A DNA stretch of 43,649 nucleotides, from IMG/VR virus record IMGVR_UViG_3300022602_000179, positions 1 to 43,649 of that record. One strand, written 5' to 3'. Positions 36,449 to 43,649 of the stretch are shown in pieces. The notes beneath the pieces are model-generated. The model ran no database searches and was not told the origin of the DNA. It saw only the letters and a program-made list of their open reading frames with translations. Position numbers and translations under genes: made by a program. How positions within the stretch are numbered: the first letter of the stretch is position 1; each line of letters opens with the position of its first letter. Source of the DNA: a virus (lineage: Duplodnaviria; Caudoviricetes).

Positions 36449-37582
36449 ATGGGATTAGGTTTAGCCAACGCCCTATTGATTGCCTCACGTGAGGCTTTCA
36501 GAGGTGCATCGCCAATTGATAAATTGACGACTCCGGGTTATTTACAATATTTACTCGGCAATAATAAGCCGGACATTATAGGTGTCGGCAAAGATGATGG
36601 AAGCGGTTATATCCGTGATGTGAAGATTCGTTACAGAAACCGAGGCGTTCCTGGTCAATCTATCACTACTGATGATTGTTCAGTACAGGTACGACCAGCT
36701 TATCTTGAGTATGTGGTACCATCTACTTCTTATCGGGCTTTAGGGCTGACATTTGAAGACGATGTTATTGCCAAATTCGAGAAAGACGCATTAGCGCAAA
36801 TGTCTATAGGTCAGCCGACTATGACAGGTCTTATGAAAGATATTTATGAGGCTATTATTGAACAGGCAAACGGTTTGTTTGCTGATATCAATAACGATCT
36901 GTTGTCTGTACAGGTTGCTAATTTTGGATTAAATGTAGTTTCTGGGAGTGCTGCTGCACAAACTGTAAACTTTCCTTTAAATGCTACCACCAATCCTTTG
37001 GATTCCGGTATGACAAAAATCATGTCTGATGCCATGGAAAATGAAATTCGTTTAGCTGGTGCCTGCATTATCGGTAGCGGATTGATCAGTAAATACTATT
37101 TGCAGCAAAAAGCACAGGTTGACGGGGAAGCTAATTTAAATGGTCAGAATCCTTACAAGCTTGCTTTGCCGAATATGTATTTCGATCCTTATTCTCAGGC
37201 TGCATTTGGTGCAGATCAATTTGCATTGATGGAAAAAGATGCAGTTCAGTTTGTAAATCTGTGTAGATTCAGAGGACCAAAAGCCGGACATAGAGGTTCT
37301 GACTTCTTCATGACACTTCGCTTACCACTGGTAGATAGTTTGGGTCAGGGTTCAATGGCTTCATTTGAATTTGATGTACAGTTAACCTACAGAACCTGTC
37401 CTGAAGAAGTACAGATAGGAGCTGCTGGTAGTGGTAATCCTCCTGTTCTGTTAGGACGTGGCTGGAATATCATTTTGTCATCTTCTTACCAGACAGTATT
37501 CATTCCTTCCAATAGCTATGGCGCAGGGGACAGACTGAATAATGTAAATGGTACATTCCGTTATCTGGCTACAAACGTATAA
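36449..37582 (+). CDS. Major capsid protein
   Basis: About 377 aa from ATG 36449 (MGLGLAN); synteny scaffold-capsid-adaptor. Confidence 0.7.
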   Translation: MGLGLANALLIASREAFRGASPIDKLTTPGYLQYLLGNNKPDIIGVGKDDGSGYIRDVKIRYRNRGVPGQSITTDDCSVQVRPAYLEYVVPSTSYRALGLTFEDDVIAKFEKDALAQMSIGQPTMTGLMKDIYEAIIEQANGLFADINNDLLSVQVANFGLNVVSGSAAAQTVNFPLNATTNPLDSGMTKIMSDAMENEIRLAGACIIGSGLISKYYLQQKAQVDGEANLNGQNPYKLALPNMYFDPYSQAAFGADQFALMEKDAVQFVNLCRFRGPKAGHRGSDFFMTLRLPLVDSLGQGSMASFEFDVQLTYRTCPEEVQIGAAGSGNPPVLLGRGWNIILSSSYQTVFIPSNSYGAGDRLNNVNGTFRYLATNV

Positions 37583-38139
37583 TGGATTGCCTTGCAAACA
37601 GAATAGGTATATTGGGTTGCGATGCTCCTGCAACTGCTGCTTCAGGTGCTGGTGTTGTGCCGGTAGTTGAAGCTCTGCCAGTTCTTTACATAAATCAACT
37701 GCCGGGCATTAATCTTAAAAACATTAATGCCCTGGCTGATGATGAACAGAAAACCTTTTTAGGAGTATGGAATGATGTGGTTTTACGTTCAATGAAAAAG
37801 TTTGAAATATTGGTAAAAGCAAAACTGAACCAATGTTATAAAATCACTGATAAAAACATAGTTGCCTGTCTTGTATGTGAGAGAAAAGATTTGTTCGATG
37901 TCGCATTGTGGTATCTGCATGGTACTGAATTAATGATTGAACGTACCAGCACTGATACTTTAAGCCGATATACAACAATTGATCTGGATAAAGCTGAAAA
38001 GCTGAAATCAGATTTCTTTATTGAATTTCAGGCTGCTTTGGAAGATGCTGTACAAAGTATGAATCCTGCTGATAGCGATTGTATTACTAATTGCCTTCAG
38101 TGTAACGGTGTAGTTAAATGGGTAACACAATTGCCATGA
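37582..38139 (+). CDS. Head-tail adaptor
   Basis: Synteny; helical; TAATG coupling. Confidence 0.55.
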   Translation: MDCLANRIGILGCDAPATAASGAGVVPVVEALPVLYINQLPGINLKNINALADDEQKTFLGVWNDVVLRSMKKFEILVKAKLNQCYKITDKNIVACLVCERKDLFDVALWYLHGTELMIERTSTDTLSRYTTIDLDKAEKLKSDFFIEFQAALEDAVQSMNPADSDCITNCLQCNGVVKWVTQLP

Positions 38140-38699
38140 TAAATGTAACATCAAATATTACTGTAGTTATTCAGGCAAAGCTTGATCAGATTAAAGTTCT
38201 GGCTGGTAATCCTGATCCTATATTAAGAACTGTTGCATTGGCTGTATTGCCTGAAATAAAACAGCGTGTTCATATTGATGGTAAAGACAGCTCGGGTTCA
38301 CAGATTGGAATATATACGCCAGAGTATATGAAAGTGAGGACGGGCAATTTTGATAACAGCGGACGTTTTGTAAAAGGTAAAAACAAAGGTGATGTTAAAG
38401 ATTCCGGACTGTTTACCAAAGGAGTTAATAAAGGAAATCCACGACCAAAATACAACCGGACAGATGATACTAAAGTCGTTCTTTCATTAACCAGACAAAT
38501 GGAGAATGATTTGAACGTTGTACAGTCTGATACGGGTTATGGATTAGGTTATTTAAATCCTGATAATTATAAAAAAGCGTTGTGGTGTGAGGAAACGTAC
38601 AAAAAAACAATACTTACAGAATTAACTAAGGATGAAACTGATTTAGCTAATAATACAGCTACTGAATTTCTTCCTGAATATTTAAAATCTATTGAATAA
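38136..38699 (+). CDS. Neck / virion morphogenesis protein
   Basis: RVH.DGKD, Y.PEY and VVLSLTRQM pattern; start MINV by ATGA overlap. Confidence 0.55.
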   Translation: MINVTSNITVVIQAKLDQIKVLAGNPDPILRTVALAVLPEIKQRVHIDGKDSSGSQIGIYTPEYMKVRTGNFDNSGRFVKGKNKGDVKDSGLFTKGVNKGNPRPKYNRTDDTKVVLSLTRQMENDLNVVQSDTGYGLGYLNPDNYKKALWCEETYKKTILTELTKDETDLANNTATEFLPEYLKSIE

Positions 38700-39301
38700 T
38701 GCCTTTTTTAAATCAGATAACGAAGTTTATTAATGACGAATTGAAGGCAGGCTCTTTGAATAAAAAAATATTGCAACCGGCTAATTTTTTAGGCTTAAGC
38801 ACAACTATTGCCAGAAGCAAAAAAGGTAGTGCTATAAATCAGTTAGAAATATTGCCGGCCATCATTAACGAAAATGGGAATGCAGACCCGATTACGCCTG
38901 ATGACAAATTTGCTATTCAGGTATATCATAAACTGTTAACTAAGGTTTACAGTATTGAGAAAGAAAGTTTCGGAGATAAGTTCTTACTTAAATGCGTTAG
39001 TGAGTTAGCAATGGTAGTAATTACAAATAGTAAGATAACCGGCAAAGCGAAAGAAGTTTTGGAACCGGTTGTACTGTTTGGATTGCCACAGAGACTAAGT
39101 ACGGCTTTGATAGCTGACTTAAAAATTAAAAGCTGTCTGATATATCCAACCACCTCCAACATGGATCACATGCAGGTTTTCGGACAGGAGTTTCCAAGGT
39201 CGGATTATTTTCTTAACGAGCAAATGAGTATGTTCTCTTTTCGCTATAAAGTTGAGACCAGATTTTCACAAACTTGCATAGACCAGTGTTTATGCGAATA
39301 A
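38699..39301 (+). CDS. Tail terminator / completion protein
   Basis: Synteny before the tube gene. Confidence 0.5.
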   Translation: MPFLNQITKFINDELKAGSLNKKILQPANFLGLSTTIARSKKGSAINQLEILPAIINENGNADPITPDDKFAIQVYHKLLTKVYSIEKESFGDKFLLKCVSELAMVVITNSKITGKAKEVLEPVVLFGLPQRLSTALIADLKIKSCLIYPTTSNMDHMQVFGQEFPRSDYFLNEQMSMFSFRYKVETRFSQTCIDQCLCE

Positions 39302-39326
39302 TTTTCACAAATTAAATTTTCACAAA

Positions 39327-39920
39327 ATGAAATTATCTTTTTTACCTGTTTTACAAATGAGTTCTTATGCAGCTCAATACGGGTGTACAAATGATGCTGT
39401 ACATACCTGCCATGATTGCCCAGAAGGAAGAGTAAGGGAATTTGGCAGAGTAAGACGAGCAGGATTTATAAAAATTAGCTTTTTAGATACTTTACTGGCT
39501 AATCCTATTGATCCTACAATATGGCAGGCTGGTATTATTGCCGGTGCAATAATTGTATTGCCGGAAACTTCCGGTACTTATGATGGTGGAGCTCCTAAAG
39601 AGCTAAAGGGGTTTGGTGAGAGAAGAGTTAGTTACGGACCACGTACCATGAAAATGGCTATCAATGATCCTGACTATGCTGATAACTACCATTTCTATAA
39701 TGAGATCAGTCAGAGAACGGATTTAGTTCCCTTCTTTGGTACCAGCAGTATGATTCGCATATTTGATGAACCTGCGAATATTACTGCAAAGGATCCTGTT
39801 GCAGACGATCTGGAAGAAGAAGTAATCTGGAATGTTGACATTGAGGTAATCAGTGTTAATCTTCCGATTATGGTACCTAAAGCTACAATCGATTCAGTGT
39901 TTGCCTGTTCAAATTTTTAG
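39327..39920 (+). CDS. Major tail tube protein
   Basis: Size, beta-rich, G.YDGG.P....GFG loop; synteny. Confidence 0.6.
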   Translation: MKLSFLPVLQMSSYAAQYGCTNDAVHTCHDCPEGRVREFGRVRRAGFIKISFLDTLLANPIDPTIWQAGIIAGAIIVLPETSGTYDGGAPKELKGFGERRVSYGPRTMKMAINDPDYADNYHFYNEISQRTDLVPFFGTSSMIRIFDEPANITAKDPVADDLEEEVIWNVDIEVISVNLPIMVPKATIDSVFACSNF

Positions 39921-40054
39921 GTGGGGGTAACGGTATCCCATCAACACCGTATTATTATTCTTCAGATGATGGAATAGGGGGTGAGCATCTTGATTTCTTT
40001 GATGTTAACGGCGACTATCTTTCTATCAACGGATGGCTTATTTATATAAACTAA
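39917..40054 (+). CDS. Predicted -1 frameshift extension of the tail tube (45 aa)
   Basis: A-AAT-TTT-TAG slippery site; -1 frame reads LGGGNGIPSTPYYYSSDDG...WLIYIN*. Confidence 0.5.
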   Translation, partial: LGGGNGIPSTPYYYSSDDGIGGEHLDFFDVNGDYLSINGWLIYIN

Positions 40055-40059
40055 TTTTT

Positions 40060-40968
40060 ATGGCAAACACAATTTTTGATATACCACTGCTTTCATGGAG
40101 CGATCTATCATTTGAAAGATGGATTATGACTCACGATTTAGGGCAGCCAGAAGATAGCTCAACTTCTTTGATACGCCTGGATGATTTATGGAGTAACAGA
40201 TTAGATATAACGAATGGTTACATATATGATATTTTTTCTGTTAAATCAATAGATTGGTATCAGAGACATTTATATACTTGTAACTACCGAAAAACACTTG
40301 ATTGGCAAAATGGATACGCCTATGTGTATTATGATGAGTCATTAAGTATTGCCTGGTCTAACAGATTTTTATCTGATGGTACATATATGTCTTTAAGATG
40401 GGATTCCAGGCTTCTTTATGATACTAGTGAGGAAACTTCTTTAGATTGGAATAATCGTGAATTATTTGATTCATCTCAAAATCAATCTATTGACTGGAAT
40501 GGTCGCTTGCTATATAATGCTGCTGGCAACAATACAGTTGATTATGATGCAGCAAATCTTCTTGACACCAACGCTTTTGTGTCTGTAGATTGGCAGAACC
40601 GTCAACTCTTAAAATCAGATGGAACTGTTGCTTTAGATTGGTCAACTAATAAAGTAAAAACCTGCCTTACTACACTTGTCCAGCTTACTCAAACCGGATC
40701 TGGAATTCCAGTGATTACTACTACTCCTGTTAATGAATTGGGGGTTGGTTTAACGCTTGCCAGAACCGGAACAGGAAGCTATATTATAACTTTTGCATCC
40801 GGTTTAGATCAATCCAAATTAGCTGTATTTGTTACCCCCACTTCAGGTATTATTAATTGTATTATTTCAGATACACAAATCACAATCAGCACATACACTG
40901 TATCGGGTGTTCAATCTGATGAGTTATTAAACAATACACCTTTTAAAATCGAGTATTATATTCTTTAA
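40060..40968 (+). CDS. Tail fibre / receptor-binding protein with ~15-aa DW repeats
   Basis: Repeated S(I/L/V)DWxxRxL(Y/F)D units, then a beta-sandwich C-terminus; likely start MANT. Confidence 0.6.
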   Translation: MANTIFDIPLLSWSDLSFERWIMTHDLGQPEDSSTSLIRLDDLWSNRLDITNGYIYDIFSVKSIDWYQRHLYTCNYRKTLDWQNGYAYVYYDESLSIAWSNRFLSDGTYMSLRWDSRLLYDTSEETSLDWNNRELFDSSQNQSIDWNGRLLYNAAGNNTVDYDAANLLDTNAFVSVDWQNRQLLKSDGTVALDWSTNKVKTCLTTLVQLTQTGSGIPVITTTPVNELGVGLTLARTGTGSYIITFASGLDQSKLAVFVTPTSGIINCIISDTQITISTYTVSGVQSDELLNNTPFKIEYYIL

Positions 40969-40989
40969 TCATTTATAAATTTCAAGTTT

Positions 40990-41229
40990 ATGTCAGTTAA
41001 ATTTCAAAACAAGAACATCGTTAGTAAAGCAGCTAGTCCAGTACAACCTGCAGGCGTTACAACAGCTAACGAAAACATCATACTGGTAGCAGATGATGGA
41101 AGTCAATCAGTAATTGTAGGAGGTCAGGCAACAGTTAATAACTGGATTGCTTCAGCAACTAACAGAGTAGCTCAAGCTAACAGCGACTTAACCGATTTGC
41201 AGGGATTATTAACCTTTCTGCAATCCTAA
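40990..41229 (+). CDS. Small protein (possible fibre chaperone)
   Basis: Follows the fibre gene; C-terminal helix. Confidence 0.55.
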   Translation: MSVKFQNKNIVSKAASPVQPAGVTTANENIILVADDGSQSVIVGGQATVNNWIASATNRVAQANSDLTDLQGLLTFLQS

Positions 41230-42056
41230 TGAAAGCTATTTATTCTCTCAGTGTGGGGAAGAATGCGAACCGCAACAATGAGTTTTGCGGGTATCGTTGC
41301 AAAGAAGAGCTACTGGATGCTTTATTGCTCTCCAGTAGCATCTCTGCAAAGCATTTTGAAAAGGTTGAACTGTATTGTGACACTGAAGCTGCGAATCTTA
41401 TTAAAGAGGATGGCAGGAATTTTCCATTTGAGATAATAATTAGTCTGGATAGCTTATCATGGTTAAATGAACATCTTTGGGCTTATTCAAAAGTGTTTGT
41501 TTATTCCCTTCAAACAGAGCCATTCTGTCATATTGATATTGATGCAATTTTATGGAATGGATTGGCAGAAGAGCTTAAAACAAAGAAGTTCATATTTCAA
41601 TGTGTAGAGAGATTGGATAATCCAAATTTTGGTTTATATCATACACCGTTTGATGAAGCCAAAAAAATGGGGGCATTACCGGCAGAGATAAAATATAAGC
41701 CAGAATTTGCTATGAATATGGCTGTTTTTGCCTGTACAGATGTAAACTATTTATACCTCATTCAGGAATATTATAATGTAGTTGATACTTATGTAAGTCG
41801 CATTAATTACAGGATGAACGAGTTCTCTGATATATGGTTTCAGTGTATCGTTTTTGAACAATTATTTATGGTGAATATTCTGGAAGAAGCTTTACTGAGA
41901 TATGAAACTGACTATGATGTTATTCTGAATGATGATTCATCCGAAAAATGGGAAAAATGCAGATTCACTCATTTTATAGAAAAGTCAAAAAGAGCAGAAA
42001 AAAACGTGAGAAGAATAAAAAGAGCATTATTACACTTAGATAAAATTGTAGCCTAA
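41229..42056 (+). CDS. DUF6734-like GT-A fold protein
   Basis: LYCD, WAYSKVFVY..QTEPFCHIDID (DxD), NMAVF and FEQ motifs. Confidence 0.7.
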   Translation: MKAIYSLSVGKNANRNNEFCGYRCKEELLDALLLSSSISAKHFEKVELYCDTEAANLIKEDGRNFPFEIIISLDSLSWLNEHLWAYSKVFVYSLQTEPFCHIDIDAILWNGLAEELKTKKFIFQCVERLDNPNFGLYHTPFDEAKKMGALPAEIKYKPEFAMNMAVFACTDVNYLYLIQEYYNVVDTYVSRINYRMNEFSDIWFQCIVFEQLFMVNILEEALLRYETDYDVILNDDSSEKWEKCRFTHFIEKSKRAEKNVRRIKRALLHLDKIVA

Positions 42057-42057
42057 A

Positions 42058-42333
42058 ATGTTTAAAATGAATGAAAGTACATCCTTGATATTTTCCGCAG
42101 TTGCAGCTTTAATGACTGCTGTTATTGGTTTCTTTCTGGGACACAGAAAAACAAAAGCCGAAGCTGAAAAAACAGAAGTTGAAACTGTTGAAAAAGCAGT
42201 TACTATCTGGAGACAATTAGCCCAGGACCTGAAAAATGAAGTTGCAGAACTAAGAAGCATAGTGGAAGAGCTGAAAGAAGAAAACGATAAATTAAAAAAT
42301 GAAGTATCTGAATTAAAAAGAAAAAGATTATGA
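42058..42333 (+). CDS. Single-TM plus coiled-coil lysis protein (holin/antiholin-like)
   Basis: N-terminal TM and a leucine-zipper-like tail; first gene of the lysis cluster. Confidence 0.55.
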   Translation: MFKMNESTSLIFSAVAALMTAVIGFFLGHRKTKAEAEKTEVETVEKAVTIWRQLAQDLKNEVAELRSIVEELKEENDKLKNEVSELKRKRL

Positions 42334-42914
42334 AAACAACATCGCAAATTTTAGCATTGATAATAATATTCATTGCAGCACTGATAATGTTCTGTTCCTG
42401 TAATGTAATTAAAAGTAAAACTTCTATTAAGAGTAAGGTTGATTCCGGAAATATTAAACGAGCTGATAGTGTTATATCTGCAAAAAAAGATAGTGTTCAT
42501 TCAGAACACAAGGAGGTTGATAGCACTAAACAGATTAATAATAATGTTGTTATAGAATTCTATCCGGATTCAAATAATAAGGAAAATAATAAGCCTGTTG
42601 AGATTATTACTTCCGGTGACACTACAGAGATCATTCCTGGAGACCGTCCGATTAAGTCTATAACACATAGAAAGAATCAAAAGACTTCTACAAAAAATAC
42701 TTCAGGTACTTTTTCAGATGTTAATACCGCTTATAAATCTGACAAAACAAGCTATGACAGCAGCTATAAGCGACAGAAGATCATTGAGAAAACAAAGGGC
42801 AAGAAAACAAGTAGTGCCGGATTCTGGTTAGTGTTTTCCATAATTTTTATTATAGTAATACTTATTATTTATTGCTATTGCCAGTATAAAAAATCACTTT
42901 TTCATCAATTATAA
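42330..42914 (+). CDS. Lipoprotein with C-terminal TM (u-spanin-like)
   Basis: Lipobox LIMFCS-C, Ser/Thr/Lys-rich middle, C-terminal TM. Confidence 0.6.
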   Translation: MKTTSQILALIIIFIAALIMFCSCNVIKSKTSIKSKVDSGNIKRADSVISAKKDSVHSEHKEVDSTKQINNNVVIEFYPDSNNKENNKPVEIITSGDTTEIIPGDRPIKSITHRKNQKTSTKNTSGTFSDVNTAYKSDKTSYDSSYKRQKIIEKTKGKKTSSAGFWLVFSIIFIIVILIIYCYCQYKKSLFHQL

Positions 42915-42917
42915 ATT

Positions 42918-43319
42918 TTGTCAAAAATGAATTTCAAAAAAATAAAATATAACCTGCACAAGTTTGACGGATTGTGGTCGGTACCATTAGCATTCTTTGC
43001 CTTCTGGTTAATTGGTTTGATACTTACTGAAGGATTTGGTTTTGCGGCCGGTACCTATGATCCCGGATTCGTTCAGCCTTTATTCCTGGCAACTGTAATT
43101 GTTATCGGTGCCACTAATGCCGGAGTATTGGGATTGTATTTCACACTCAGGGGATTACATAGATTTCTTTATGGTCAGAAAGATGAAAATGGAGACCTTA
43201 TAAATTACAGTAAATTAAGATGGAAAAACTTACAGCCATGGCAGATGTTTGTCTTTTCATTGGGTAGTATGTTCTATTTTATCACTGCCATTCTTATTGT
43301 TTACTTACATCTAATTTAA
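42918..43319 (+). CDS. 3-TM membrane protein (holin candidate)
   Basis: Three hydrophobic helices; located before the endolysin. Confidence 0.55.
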   Translation: MSKMNFKKIKYNLHKFDGLWSVPLAFFAFWLIGLILTEGFGFAAGTYDPGFVQPLFLATVIVIGATNAGVLGLYFTLRGLHRFLYGQKDENGDLINYSKLRWKNLQPWQMFVFSLGSMFYFITAILIVYLHLI

Positions 43320-43419
43320 AATAAGTACTTTACCATAATTATATTGAATTAATTATTGAATCATTCAGACTATAAACTCTCAAAATTAATACAATATAAT
43401 TTTAAGTGACTACTTAGCT

Positions 43420-43649
43420 ATGCGAATATCTATTCTACTCATGGTGTTAGCGATTACGCTATCTGCCATCAGCGTAACCTCCGCACAGGTTTCGACAATC
43501 AAAAACGAAGGCTTCACGCTTTCGCAGAAAGTGCAAAAAGTATATACATCCCAGATTGGGGTTCGTGAATTAACAGGTCACAATGATGGCATTATGGTTG
43601 AAAAGTATCTATGTTCTGTTGGACTGGAGAAAGGTTACCCCTGGTGTGC
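43420..43649 (+). CDS. CHAP-type endolysin, 5' part, with signal peptide (partial)
   Basis: MRISILLMVLAITLSAISVTSA signal; SQIGVRELTGHNDG...GYPWCA contains the catalytic Cys motif. Confidence 0.8.
   Translation, partial: MRISILLMVLAITLSAISVTSAQVSTIKNEGFTLSQKVQKVYTSQIGVRELTGHNDGIMVEKYLCSVGLEKGYPWC

Noticed and set aside
39300-39326. AATTTTCACAAA direct repeat before the tube gene
   Set aside because: Short, AT-rich and not seen elsewhere; insufficient support for a function.
39918-39920. TAG read-through or alternative genetic code
   Set aside because: The frame closes again about 20 codons later, and genes are intact under the standard code.
40033-40968. Diversity-generating retroelement target
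   Set aside because: No reverse transcriptase and no template/variable repeat pair seen.
7052-42347. Many minus-strand ORF-track entries inside long plus-strand genes
   Set aside because: Antisense shadows with no motifs or expression signals.
1-43649. CRISPR array, rRNA, IS element
   Set aside because: No regularly spaced repeat-spacer units, rRNA signatures or transposase ORFs seen.

Overview
Near-complete genome of a temperate, long-tailed (no sheath gene) phage of a Bacteroidota host, inferred from AT-rich DNA, TAnnTTTG -7 promoter boxes and the gene families. It appears to be the excised/circular form. An intact attP (3' half of tRNA-Asn, flanked by arm-like repeats) lies between the integrase and other phage genes, and the partial ORFs at the two window ends look like the N- and C-termini of one CHAP-type endolysin. 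Layout: integrase/attP, a leftward cI operon (membrane proteins plus a second HTH), a rightward early operon (cro, small ORFs, a structured ncRNA cluster, RecT, PD-(D/E)XK nuclease, ParB, SNF2 helicase, initiator with iterons), MTase-terminase, an unusually early tail chaperone/tape-measure/hub block, portal, MuF-ADP-ribosyltransferase, a hidden three-gene antisense cassette, scaffold/capsid/neck/tube, fibre, and lysis. Most notable: (1) an anticodon-armless tRNA carrying the alanine identity set (G3.U70, A73); (2) a MuF-ART toxin with a convergent three-gene cassette; (3) paired TTATC-W5-GAGTA boxes at three late promoters; (4) two GT-A-like genes inside the virion operons; (5) two predicted -1 frameshifts. 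All family calls come from motif recognition by eye, not database searches.
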